This document shows positions 46,331 to 54,941 of a DNA stretch of 64,000 nt, one piece after another. Under the pieces are notes generated by a model. It did no database searches, had not been told where the DNA came from, and saw nothing but the letters and a program-made list of their open reading frames with translations. Origin of the DNA: a virus (Duplodnaviria; Caudoviricetes). Location of the stretch: positions 1-64,000 of IMG/VR virus record IMGVR_UViG_2814123113_000001. One strand, given 5' to 3'. How positions within the stretch are numbered: the stretch's first letter is position 1; each line of letters opens with the position of its first letter. Made by a program: the position numbers and the translations under genes.

Positions 46331-47152
46331 ATGCCCGACATCATGCTCGATCTGGAGACGCTCGGCACGACGCCGGGCTGCGTGATCCGATCCATCGGAG
46401 CCGTCGCTTTCGACCCGAACGGCGGACCGTTGGGCGAGAGCCTCTACCTGATCATCGACCGCACCTCTTGCGAGGCCGCCGGCTTGACGGTCGATCCCGA
46501 GACCGAGGCCTGGTGGGCGGAGCAAACGCCCGAGGCGCGCGCCGAGTTCGACGGGCAAGGCGTTGCGTTGGCCGAGGCGCTGGACGCCTTTGAACTGTTC
46601 TACACGACCCTCGCGCCGATCGCCGACAAGGCCGACCGCCTGTGGAGCAACGGCCCCAGTTTCGACGAGGCCATCCTGGCCGCCGCCTATCGGTCGCTCG
46701 GCCGCAAGCCGCCGTGGCGCTATAACGCCGCCCGAGACTGCCGCACGATCTACGATCTCGCCGGCCTTAAGCTCCAGCACACCGGCGGCACTTTTCACAA
46801 GGCGATCGACGACGCCATTGAGCAGGCGAAGCTGGTTCAGGAGGCGCGGCGCCTGCTCATCGCGGCGGGTCCGCCGGCGTGGCGCACCGAGGTCAATACC
46901 TTTGCGAACCTCATGGAACAGCAGCTCCGCGCGAACGACCACAAGGGCGGATGGAAGGGCGATACCAGTGACGCTCTTTACCAGCGTCTGCTGGAAGAGG
47001 CCGAGGAGCTGTCTCAAGCTCTAGCATGGCGCTCAGCTCTGTTCGGCGATGCAGACCCCGAGAGAATTGGCCGCGAGGCCGCCGACGTCGCCAACTTCGC
47101 CATGATGATCGCCGACGTGCGCGGCGCGCTGGGGACGGAGGCGCGGCCGTGA
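46331..47152 (+). CDS. DEDDh 3'-5' exonuclease fused to a MazG-like helical domain
   Basis: IMLDLETLG, WSNGPSFD, RDCRT, HKAIDDA; C-terminal LLEEAEEL...REAADVANFAMM. Confidence 0.8.
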   Translation: MPDIMLDLETLGTTPGCVIRSIGAVAFDPNGGPLGESLYLIIDRTSCEAAGLTVDPETEAWWAEQTPEARAEFDGQGVALAEALDAFELFYTTLAPIADKADRLWSNGPSFDEAILAAAYRSLGRKPPWRYNAARDCRTIYDLAGLKLQHTGGTFHKAIDDAIEQAKLVQEARRLLIAAGPPAWRTEVNTFANLMEQQLRANDHKGGWKGDTSDALYQRLLEEAEELSQALAWRSALFGDADPERIGREAADVANFAMMIADVRGALGTEARP

Positions 47153-47712
47153 AGGATTTCACCCCCACCAAGGAAACCATCAGCCTTCACGGGCTAGGGT
47201 TCATCCAGCTCATCCTGGGCGGGAACCAACGGCTGCACGTCTGGCATCCGGATCTACCACGCCGCGATTGCTATGAGCACTCAGCGATCCACAATCACCG
47301 CTTCGGCTTCGTATCACGCGTCCTGAAGGGCACTCAGGTCAATCAGCGCGTCGACCTGGAGATTGTGAAGCCGGAGACAGGCTCGCACGTCCTGATCAGC
47401 CACAACGGCCCGCGTAGCGACAAGGGCGGGCGGCTTAGCTACCCGGTCGCCGACGTCAACGTCAGCCCCCGCGCGCCCGAGTTCTACGAGGCGGGCGCCG
47501 AGTACGTCATGCCGCCCATGGAATACCACCAAACGCCATGCGAAGGCGTTGTGGTCACGCTCATGCAGAAGACCGTGGAGACGTCGTTACACGCTAACAG
47601 CGTCTGCCGTCGCGGTGTCGATTTCCACTACGACTTCGACCGCTTCCAGCTCTCGCCGAGCGAGCTTTTCGCCTACGTGGTCGACGCGCTGGGATCGGAG
47701 GTGCGCCCGTGA
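47149..47712 (+). CDS. Cupin-like metalloprotein
   Basis: LHVWHP, IHNHRFGFVSRVLKG, and a distal YH. Confidence 0.6.
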   Translation: MKDFTPTKETISLHGLGFIQLILGGNQRLHVWHPDLPRRDCYEHSAIHNHRFGFVSRVLKGTQVNQRVDLEIVKPETGSHVLISHNGPRSDKGGRLSYPVADVNVSPRAPEFYEAGAEYVMPPMEYHQTPCEGVVVTLMQKTVETSLHANSVCRRGVDFHYDFDRFQLSPSELFAYVVDALGSEVRP

Positions 47713-47963
47713 CCCCGAAGCCGCAGCCGCCGAACGACAAGCACGAGGCCCTGTATCAGGAACTCGTCGCCGTCATGCGCAAGTACGAGCTTTCGCAGGT
47801 AGAGATCCTTGCGGTCGTCGCCAACATCACCGGCAAGTGCTTGGCCTTTCAGGACCAGACCAAGGGCACGGCCGACGACTACATGCAGATCGTCATCGCC
47901 AACCTTGAAGAAGGCAATCGCCAGGCACTCGACGGACTGCTCAACCCGATCGGGAGGGCGTGA
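47709..47963 (+). CDS. Hypothetical protein
   Basis: GTGA-coupled ORF. Confidence 0.65.
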   Translation: MTPKPQPPNDKHEALYQELVAVMRKYELSQVEILAVVANITGKCLAFQDQTKGTADDYMQIVIANLEEGNRQALDGLLNPIGRA

Positions 47964-48880
47964 TGAGCAAAAAGTACGCTCACGACCTAGCGAGGATCGA
48001 CGAAGCCCTCTCGCCGCATGTCTGCAAAGCTCGCAACGCCCGCGCCTTTGACTTCCGCACCCCAGGCAAGGGCGGAACCTACGCTTTCAGTCTGACCTGG
48101 ACCCCGGGTTCGCTATCCCTGGCCGGCGACTGCGGCGAGCTGACCATGACGCACTACTCGGCGCTTTGGACGCTCGAGGAAGGGCTTCGTTGGGCGGCTA
48201 CCAGCGACATCCACTACTTGCTCGGCAAGACGCGCCTTAAAGAGACTTTCGACCGCGACGCCACCATCCGCGACATTATCAAGATGGCCAACGAGGGCGC
48301 GGTAGACTCGCGCAAGCGCCTGCGGGATGAGCTGCGTGGGTGGCGGCGAGAGCGGCCCGACCCCTACGGCTGGTATGATCCCGCGACAGAGTTTGACTAC
48401 GTCGACTGGCTGAACGATCGACCGACTCAAAACTCCGTCTGGACGACCTATGTGCGGGCGCAATCTCGGTACGAGTACAAGGACCAGGAAGAGCGCGTCG
48501 TGGTCGCCGATGGGTGGGAGCTGTGGAACGACATCCGTCGGGGCTTGGGAGAACGGGATGTCGCCTGCATTCACACGTCCAAGGGTCTAGAACATCTGAC
48601 CGAGCTGCTGCAAAACGAGATAGAGACAGAGCATCATGCCTACGAATTTTGCTACGGCAAACTCGGCTGGGATGACTATCACCCCTGCTACGCGTGGCGC
48701 TTTCACGACCTGCTCCAGGTCGAGTGCATTCGGCGCGGCGCGAAGATGGCTCTTGAGCAGTTGGACGCCGACCCGCCCTTCATCCCTTACGCTTGGCGCC
48801 CCGCCCTAGCCGACGATATGGCCGCGTTCCCCCGTGCCTTCGGTGAACGCTACAGCTCCGTACTAGCGAGGGCAGCATGA
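47963..48880 (+). CDS. Hypothetical phage protein
   Basis: 305-aa ORF, TGATG-coupled. Confidence 0.7.
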   Translation: MSKKYAHDLARIDEALSPHVCKARNARAFDFRTPGKGGTYAFSLTWTPGSLSLAGDCGELTMTHYSALWTLEEGLRWAATSDIHYLLGKTRLKETFDRDATIRDIIKMANEGAVDSRKRLRDELRGWRRERPDPYGWYDPATEFDYVDWLNDRPTQNSVWTTYVRAQSRYEYKDQEERVVVADGWELWNDIRRGLGERDVACIHTSKGLEHLTELLQNEIETEHHAYEFCYGKLGWDDYHPCYAWRFHDLLQVECIRRGAKMALEQLDADPPFIPYAWRPALADDMAAFPRAFGERYSSVLARAA

Positions 48881-48947
48881 CCCGCGAAGCCCTTCTGGCG
48901 CGCATACGCGCACTCGCACACCGCCCCGCGCTGCCGAGCGACGGCAA

Positions 48948-49388
48948 ATGACACCTCAACCCCTACCCACCGTCGCCTTGTCGATCCTTCAGCCGTGGGC
49001 CTGGCTCATCGTCAACGGCTACAAGGACATCGAGAACCGCACCTGGCGGACGCATCGGCGCGGGCCGATCCTGGTCCACACCGGCAAGGGCTTTGACAGC
49101 GATGCTCACCAGGACATGCTCCAGGGCGTCCACCCCTGCTACGACCTTGGCCATCTGAAGGCGGACGTTCATGACGCCTACCGCCTCGCTTGGGAAGCCG
49201 GCGAAATCCATCGCGGCGGAATAGTCGGCGGATGCAGGATCACCGGCTGCGTCACGGATCACCCGAGCTGGTGGTTCGCAGGCCCGTTCGGTTTCACACT
49301 CGCCGATCAGATGCCCCTGCCGTTCATGCCCCTCAGCGGCGCGCGCGGGTTCTTCCCGGCGACCTACATTCCACCGGCGAACTGCTAA
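48948..49388 (+). CDS. ASCH domain protein
   Basis: ALSILQPWAWLIVNGYKDIENRTW..RGPILVH, GGIVG. Confidence 0.9.
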   Translation: MTPQPLPTVALSILQPWAWLIVNGYKDIENRTWRTHRRGPILVHTGKGFDSDAHQDMLQGVHPCYDLGHLKADVHDAYRLAWEAGEIHRGGIVGGCRITGCVTDHPSWWFAGPFGFTLADQMPLPFMPLSGARGFFPATYIPPANC

Positions 49389-49540
49389 TGGCCGCCGCGC
49401 GCCAGCACCAGGACCCTCAGCGCACGCCGCAAGGCGCAGCGCTCGACCCTGCGTTGGTGCGCCTAATCGAAGCCCTTGCCCAGGCCGATGCAGATCGCGA
49501 CTATGCCGCCGCTCAGCAGCGCAGGGAGACCCAAGGATGA
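49388..49540 (+). CDS. Small protein upstream of the serine recombinase (possible directionality factor)
   Basis: TAATG-coupled 50-aa ORF with LVRLIEALAQADADRDY; function inferred from position only. Confidence 0.5.
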   Translation: MAAARQHQDPQRTPQGAALDPALVRLIEALAQADADRDYAAAQQRRETQG

Positions 49541-49791
49541 GCGGTGGCAGCGCAGACATTCGGGTCAGCGACATCGTATCGCGCTGCGGCGACGACAGGC
49601 TGCGCGTGGTCGGCACAAACGGCAGCGACAGCCTACCCCCCGACCTTGTCGAAACCGTCTGCATCGACGCAGGCAAGGGCTGGGGCGGCTTCATCGTGGG
49701 CAGGAAGGATTTCCTTTGCGCCGACGACGTCGAGCTGATCGAACGGCCCGCCCGCGATCCCGAGGCAATCGCACTTCCCGCGCACACCTAG
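49537..49791 (+). CDS. Hypothetical protein
   Basis: ATGA-coupled ORF. Confidence 0.5.
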   Translation: MSGGSADIRVSDIVSRCGDDRLRVVGTNGSDSLPPDLVETVCIDAGKGWGGFIVGRKDFLCADDVELIERPARDPEAIALPAHT

Positions 49792-49795
49792 CTCA

Positions 49796-51442
49796 ATGAC
49801 CATGCGCGTTGCGATCTACGCCCGATATTCCGATGACAAGCAAAACCCCGGCTCGATCGCTGACCAGCTCGCGCTCTGCCGTCGTCATGCGCGGGCGCGC
49901 GGCTGGACGATCATCAACGAATACACCGACGCGGCGATCTCGGCCGATCTGCTGGTCACCCGGCCGGGCGCTCAGGCCCTGCTACGCGCGGCCGAGACCG
50001 GAGCCTTCGACCTGATCCTGGTCGAGCACCAGGACCGCCTGTTCCGGAACCTCGCCGAGAACGCGACCGCCTTCAAACGCCTGACCTATTTTGGCGTCGG
50101 CATCGCGACCCTGGCCAAGGATCGCCTCCAGTTGATGGACATCGCGATCGAAGGCCTGATGTCCGAGCTGTACCTTCAGAACCTTTCGGACAAGACCAAG
50201 CGCGGCATGCACTCGAACGGCGAGAAGGGCCTTTCGATGGGCGGCCGCGTCTATGGCTACCGCTCCACGCCCGGCGGCGAGATGACGATTGTCGAGGATG
50301 AGGCGGCGATCGTACGAACGGCGTTCGGGCTCTACAACGAGGGCTGGAGCTGCCGCGACATCGCCGACCACTTCAATAAGGGCGACACACCCGGCCCGAC
50401 GGGAGGCCTCTGGAACGCCTCGGCTTTCAGCGGATCGCGGCAGCGCGGGAACGGCATCCTGCGGTGCGAGCTGTATGTCGGCGTCAAGGTCTGGAACCGG
50501 TTCGATAAGAGCAAGGACCCCGACACTGGTAAGCGCGTGCAGACGATCAAGCCCGAGGGCGAGTGGAAACGAACGCCGGTTCCGCAGCTCCGGATCATCG
50601 ACGACGCGACCTGGTCTACCGCCCAAGAACGGCTGGCCATCACGTCGGAGACCAAGCCCAGCACCCTGGCCAATCAGGCTAAGCCCGGCGTCTTCACCGG
50701 GCTGCTCAAGTGCGGCGCCTGCGGTGAGAACTACATCGTCGCGGGCCGCGCCCGGCTGCAATGCAGCACGATCCGGAACAAGGGCCGCCACGCGTGCGCC
50801 AATGGCCGCACGGTCGGCCGGGCCGCAGTCGAAGACCGCATCCTGACCGGCCTGAAAGATCGCCTGCTTAGCCCCGAGGCCGCCGCGATCTATGTCCGCG
50901 CCTATCACGAGCGCTGGAAGGCCAACGCCGGCGATCGGCGAGCCCGCCGCGCGCCGCTTGAACGTCGCCTCGCCGAGACCCAGCGCAGGATCGACCGCGC
51001 GCTGAACGCCATCCTCGACGGCTACGCCAGCGCCGACCTAAAAACGCGCCTGCAGAGTCTAGAGGATGAGCGCGACGCCCTTAAGCACGAGCTGGCCAGC
51101 ATCGGCGACGACGATCCGATCACGCTGCATCCCGGCCTCGCCGACGTCTATGCGCAGCGGATCAGCGACCTTCAGGAGAGGCTCGCGGCGTACACCAAGG
51201 GCAAGCCCTCGCCCAAGGACCGCCAAGCCATCGCGGCCGCCCGCGCCCTAGTCGATCGCATCGAAATCATGCCGACGTCTCACGCGCGCGGCGCGCACGT
51301 CGAGATCACCCTGTTCGGGGACCTCGCGCGCTTCCTACGTCCTGACCTCAACGAGGCTCAATGTATGAGCCTGCTGGTGGCGGGGGCGGTGTGCAAATCG
51401 GAACCCACTTCTGTTCTGGGTCTGGTCCGCGTGGCGGTTTAG
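49796..51442 (+). CDS. Large serine recombinase (integrase)
   Basis: AIYARYSDDKQ, RPG, DRLFRN; recombinase domain; GLLKCGACG zinc ribbon; coiled coil. Confidence 0.95.
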   Translation: MTMRVAIYARYSDDKQNPGSIADQLALCRRHARARGWTIINEYTDAAISADLLVTRPGAQALLRAAETGAFDLILVEHQDRLFRNLAENATAFKRLTYFGVGIATLAKDRLQLMDIAIEGLMSELYLQNLSDKTKRGMHSNGEKGLSMGGRVYGYRSTPGGEMTIVEDEAAIVRTAFGLYNEGWSCRDIADHFNKGDTPGPTGGLWNASAFSGSRQRGNGILRCELYVGVKVWNRFDKSKDPDTGKRVQTIKPEGEWKRTPVPQLRIIDDATWSTAQERLAITSETKPSTLANQAKPGVFTGLLKCGACGENYIVAGRARLQCSTIRNKGRHACANGRTVGRAAVEDRILTGLKDRLLSPEAAAIYVRAYHERWKANAGDRRARRAPLERRLAETQRRIDRALNAILDGYASADLKTRLQSLEDERDALKHELASIGDDDPITLHPGLADVYAQRISDLQERLAAYTKGKPSPKDRQAIAAARALVDRIEIMPTSHARGAHVEITLFGDLARFLRPDLNEAQCMSLLVAGAVCKSEPTSVLGLVRVAV

Positions 51443-51448
51443 GTACGG

Positions 51449-51483
51449 AAAAGCCCCGCCAGCGCGAGCCGGCGGGGCTTTTT
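51449..51483. terminator. Bidirectional intrinsic terminator
   Basis: AAAAGCCCCGCC-N10-GGCGGGGCTTTTT between the convergent integrase and spanin genes. Confidence 0.9.
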
Positions 51484-51547
51484 GTTGGAGCGCTCAAGCC
51501 GAGAAGGCGAGCACCTAGTAGCAATGATCGGCCCGGCCGACGCCGGG

Positions 51548-51892
51548 CTAGGGTCGTTTTCGGCTTTCGGGCGGGGGCGTACAGCGCGCCTGGCCCTGCT
51601 CGAGTCGGCGCCAGCCGCGCCGCGCCCAGGCCGGCCAGTCGGTCTCACGCCACTGCAGGAAGGCGACGGCCGCCTCGTCGCCCAGGGCCGCGACGATCGC
51701 CTGATAGACCAGATCCCGATCAACGCCGGCGGGCGGCAGAGGCTCAGCCTCGAGGGGCGCGCAGATCGCCGCCGGCGGAGGATCCGGCGCGGCCGGGCTT
51801 GAATGCGTCGACTTCCCAGGCCTGCCGGTAGTCGAGCACGCCGCCAGCAGCAGGCTGACGGCCAGGAACGGCAGCAGTCGGTGTTTTCGCAT
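51548..51892 (-). CDS. Rz1-like outer-membrane lipoprotein spanin (prophage 2)
   Basis: Lipobox LLAA-C after MRKHR; overlaps the Rz 3' end. Confidence 0.75.
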   Translation of the reverse strand: MRKHRLLPFLAVSLLLAACSTTGRPGKSTHSSPAAPDPPPAAICAPLEAEPLPPAGVDRDLVYQAIVAALGDEAAVAFLQWRETDWPAWARRGWRRLEQGQARCTPPPESRKRP

Positions 51893-52178
51893 GGTTGATC
51901 GCGCGGCCGACGGCCACGCCCTTCTGAAAGCTGCTGGAGATCTCGGCGGCGCAGGACCTGTCGGCCTGGCCCCGATCGTCGGCTTCGCCGGCGGCACGGT
52001 CCAGGATCTGGCGATCGCGGTCCGCGACGTCGCGGCGGAGGTTGTATTCAATGGCCGCCTGGTCCTTGGCCGCCAGGCGCGCTGTCACCAGCTGGTCATG
52101 CTGGCGCAAGACCAGGAGGCCAAGCGCGATCGCCAGCGCCCAGGGCGCGGCGCGCAGCGCCATGCCGGAGGCGATCAT
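51744..52178 (-). CDS. Rz-like inner-membrane spanin (prophage 2)
   Basis: N-terminal TM and coiled coil; ATGA-coupled to the endolysin. Confidence 0.75.
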   Translation of the reverse strand: MIASGMALRAAPWALAIALGLLVLRQHDQLVTARLAAKDQAAIEYNLRRDVADRDRQILDRAAGEADDRGQADRSCAAEISSSFQKGVAVGRAINHAKTPTAAVPGRQPAAGGVLDYRQAWEVDAFKPGRAGSSAGGDLRAPRG

Positions 52179-52621
52179 CGGCGCACCTCGAGCAGACCGT
52201 CGCGCGGGCCTTTGCCGTCGATCGTCAGCAGCTCGCCGCGCCGGCGCGGATCAAAGCTGATGTGGACCCACACGCCATGCTCATGGATCAGCTGGTCAAA
52301 GCTGATCGTCGACCGCGCCAGCCAGTCGGCCACCTGCAGGGGCGAACCGAAGCCCGGGCAGACGAAGTCGACCGCCCAGCCCTGGCTGTGCGCAGAGGCC
52401 TTGGCGGCGCCCGGCGTCTTGGCGTTCAACGCCGGCGAGCGGTAGCAGCTGGTGATGGTGATCGGCTTGCCGCCCAGGCGCTCGCGAACGCGCTCCATCT
52501 GAGCGGCGACCACCTTCAGGCGGGCGATGATGTCGGGGGGCGGGGTGTTGTCGATGCGCTCGCGCTTGGCGCGGGCGCTGACCGTCATTTCGGCCAGCGT
52601 GAAATGCGCGCTCATCTGCAT
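52175..52621 (-). CDS. Endolysin, peptidase M15A family
   Basis: HFTLAEM, ITSCYRSPALN, SAHSQGWAVD, WVHIS. Confidence 0.9.
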   Translation of the reverse strand: MQMSAHFTLAEMTVSARAKRERIDNTPPPDIIARLKVVAAQMERVRERLGGKPITITSCYRSPALNAKTPGAAKASAHSQGWAVDFVCPGFGSPLQVADWLARSTISFDQLIHEHGVWVHISFDPRRRGELLTIDGKGPRDGLLEVRR

Positions 52622-52680
52622 GGCGCGGTCTCCTGGGTTAGGTTATCGGGAGCTGAAGGCGGTGATCGCCCGACCGGTCT

Positions 52681-53070
52681 TTAGACCTTGGCCAAGTACT
52701 CAGGATCGTCGAGCAGGGCTTGGGTGTTTCGCTGGACCTGGCCTAACTGATTGACCAGGTCTGTGGCGCGCGGATCCCCCGGCAGGCTGTCGAGCTCCCG
52801 CATCAGGCTGTAGAACTTCCGCGCCAGCGGATGACTTTCAAGCCGGAAGAGCTCGATCTTTGTTCCCTTGCGCCGATAGGGGAAGCCGATCGCCTGGCCG
52901 ATCCGCTCGCGCGCATCCTCGCAGTCTTGCGCCTCTTCCGCGCTGGCGTGGTCATGGTCACACCCCACAACAAAGACACCGCCGGCGTCACTTTCCGCCG
53001 TGAGATGCCAAAGCCCGGAAGGCTCGCCGGCTTCGTTCTTCCGCTCGAGGGGCTGACAGATCCAGGTCAT
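52681..53070 (-). CDS. Hypothetical protein inserted in the lysis cassette
   Basis: 129-aa ORF with CDHDH..EEAQDC. Confidence 0.6.
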   Translation of the reverse strand: MTWICQPLERKNEAGEPSGLWHLTAESDAGGVFVVGCDHDHASAEEAQDCEDARERIGQAIGFPYRRKGTKIELFRLESHPLARKFYSLMRELDSLPGDPRATDLVNQLGQVQRNTQALLDDPEYLAKV

Positions 53071-53133
53071 GGACAGGCCTTGTATTGATGTTGACGGGAA
53101 AAGAGCGATGCGAACGCCGTTCGCACGCGAGGC

Positions 53134-53499
53134 TTAGAAGCCGCGCCGCCGGCGTCGATCGACAGTCAGAGCGCGGGTGATGGCGGTGGCGTCGATGTCG
53201 ATCGCGCCGACGTGGATCCGGCTGTCGATCTTGCCGTCCAGGCCGTCCGCGTGGCGCAGGATCTTGGGCCCATAGGTCGACCACAGGAACACGGCCAGGC
53301 CGGCCAGCATGATCAGATCGCCCCAGCTGGGCGGGTGACCGCTGAACCGCGGAATCGCGGCCAGCACCATGCCGGCTGCGAAAAGCGCCAGGCCCAGGCG
53401 CTGGGCGCGGCCCAGCAGGCCGCCCCAGCCCAGCAGCAGCAGACAGACCGTCGCGATCAAGATCCCCGCCGCGACGATGGAAAGGCCCAGGACGATCAT
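53134..53499 (-). CDS. Holin-like membrane protein (prophage 2)
   Basis: Homolog of 1249-1569 (WGGLL, AAIPRF, WGD.IMLAGL, PKIL.H.DGLDG). Confidence 0.65.
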   Translation of the reverse strand: MIVLGLSIVAAGILIATVCLLLLGWGGLLGRAQRLGLALFAAGMVLAAIPRFSGHPPSWGDLIMLAGLAVFLWSTYGPKILRHADGLDGKIDSRIHVGAIDIDATAITRALTVDRRRRRGF

Positions 53500-53502
53500 G
53501 GC

Positions 53503-53880
53503 TTAAGCCTCCCCGCCGCCGATCCGCAGGCCGCCGACCTCAAACTTGATCAGCTTCAGCGGATCGCCCGCATACTTCGCCGCCGCCTGGGCCAAGCCCG
53601 CCAGCACGATCATGCCGAACAGGCCCGTCAGGAACGAGAAGGCGCTGCCGAACTCGCCCGGCAGCTTGCCCCAGGGCCACACGGCCCCCAGGCCCGCCAC
53701 GATCGCCGGCGCGACCCACAGCGCGCTGGCCAGGCCGCCCAGGACGCTCAGCGCCTTGCCCCGCACCGTCAGCTTTTCGCCGAACGCCAGCGACAGCACC
53801 GCGCCGGCGACGCCGGGCGCGTAGGGCGTGAGCTTGCCCAACACCGCAATCAGTTGCGGATCCCCTGAATTGTCGGCCAT
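53503..53880 (-). CDS. Holin-like membrane protein (prophage 2)
   Basis: Homolog of 1573-1953 (MADN.GDP, PYAPG, KYAGDP.KLIKFE.GGLRIGG). Confidence 0.65.
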   Translation of the reverse strand: MADNSGDPQLIAVLGKLTPYAPGVAGAVLSLAFGEKLTVRGKALSVLGGLASALWVAPAIVAGLGAVWPWGKLPGEFGSAFSFLTGLFGMIVLAGLAQAAAKYAGDPLKLIKFEVGGLRIGGGEA

Positions 53881-53936
53881 CGGCCGCCCCTCCTTAAGCT
53901 GAAAACAGCGCCGCCATGGGCGCAAAGGCGTTCGGG

Positions 53937-54359
53937 CTAGTTGCCGAGCGCCTGCAGCCAGGGCCCCGGAAACCAGTTGCCGCGATGATCGTGCGCGCCG
54001 CCTCGCGCGTGACCCTCTTCGTGACGGCGCAGCGCCGCGCAGACAGGACCGATACGCCCCAAGGACGGATCGCAGTCGCGCGAGATCAGGATTTCGTCGG
54101 TCGCCGGGTCATAGCAAGCGACCACGCGCCGAGGCGGCGGTAGCTGGCCAAGCCGACGCTCGCACGCCCGGCCCGCGTCATTCAGGTAAAGCCAGCGCGC
54201 CGTGTAAGGCCCGGCGTCCCAACGGGGCGGCGGCGCGGATGCTAGATCACCCGCAACAGCCGCCCCAGGACAACCCAGAGCGCCAGCGATAAGACAGCAG
54301 CCAACAACAGCCCAGAGGGCGGCCTGATTCGCATAGCGTCCCGCTTTTCCGGTCTTCAT
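53937..54359 (-). CDS. Exported Cys-rich protein with an HExxH motif
   Basis: Signal-like hydrophobic stretch; RHEEGHARG; start uncertain. Confidence 0.5.
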   Translation of the reverse strand: MKTGKAGRYANQAALWAVVGCCLIAGALGCPGAAVAGDLASAPPPRWDAGPYTARWLYLNDAGRACERRLGQLPPPRRVVACYDPATDEILISRDCDPSLGRIGPVCAALRRHEEGHARGGAHDHRGNWFPGPWLQALGN

Positions 54360-54423
54360 TCCCGGAATATTGGGATTACAGCCCGCTTTTAGCAATAGCG
54401 CCGTCAGGCGCTACCCTGACGGC

Positions 54424-54627
54424 ATGGTCACCGACTGGTCTGAAGTCGCGCGCAACACCCTGCGCGCCGAAATGGTTCGCAAGGGCGTCACAACGGCCGA
54501 ACTGGCGCGTCGCATAGGCGAGGTCGAAAAAACGGTCGCCAACAAGATCAGCGGCGGCAAGTTCGGCGCAGCGTGGTTGCTGATGTGCCTGGCCGCGATC
54601 GGGGCCAAGCGGATCGAACTGGACTAG
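54424..54627 (+). CDS. DUF6471-like HTH protein
   Basis: LRAEMVRKGVT..ELA...NKISGGKF.A.WLLMCL.AIG. Confidence 0.75.
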   Translation: MVTDWSEVARNTLRAEMVRKGVTTAELARRIGEVEKTVANKISGGKFGAAWLLMCLAAIGAKRIELD

Positions 54628-54941
54628 GCCGCCTCAGACCAGAGCCCCGGCAAGGCCGCGATGGCCGTCGCCTCGTCGGGAAACAGCAACAGGGCCGTCA
54701 GAGCCCAGCGGCCATCTTCCCCCCGCCAATCGCCCGCAAACACCCGCGTCGGCGTCGCGGGCTCGGGATCGACCTCATAGCCCGCCGCCCCGGCCGGCAT
54801 GGCCGACCGCGCGACATTCAGGTGATAGCCGACCCGGCCGCCGATGACCGGGCGCTCGCCGGTCACCGGATCGGCCGGGCCATAGATCGGCACGGCGATG
54901 GGCCCGTCGACCAGGGCTGGGTTCCACGTCAAAGCGGTCAT
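54624..54941 (-). CDS. Hypothetical fibre-associated protein
   Basis: GYHLN and PATPTRVFAG; coupled to the fibre gene. Confidence 0.65.
   Translation of the reverse strand: MTALTWNPALVDGPIAVPIYGPADPVTGERPVIGGRVGYHLNVARSAMPAGAAGYEVDPEPATPTRVFAGDWRGEDGRWALTALLLFPDEATAIAALPGLWSEAA

Larger units (their letters stand above)
1..51442. mobile_element. Prophage 1, lambda-like temperate siphovirus (nearly complete; left end at or beyond the window edge)
   Basis: Lambdoid gene order: lysis-tail-head-terminase-replication-cro on the minus strand; cI-early genes-serine recombinase on the plus strand. Confidence 0.95.

Noticed and set aside
51375-51442. tRNA gene
   Set aside because: Only an acceptor-end-like 13-mer; no T-loop or cloverleaf follows
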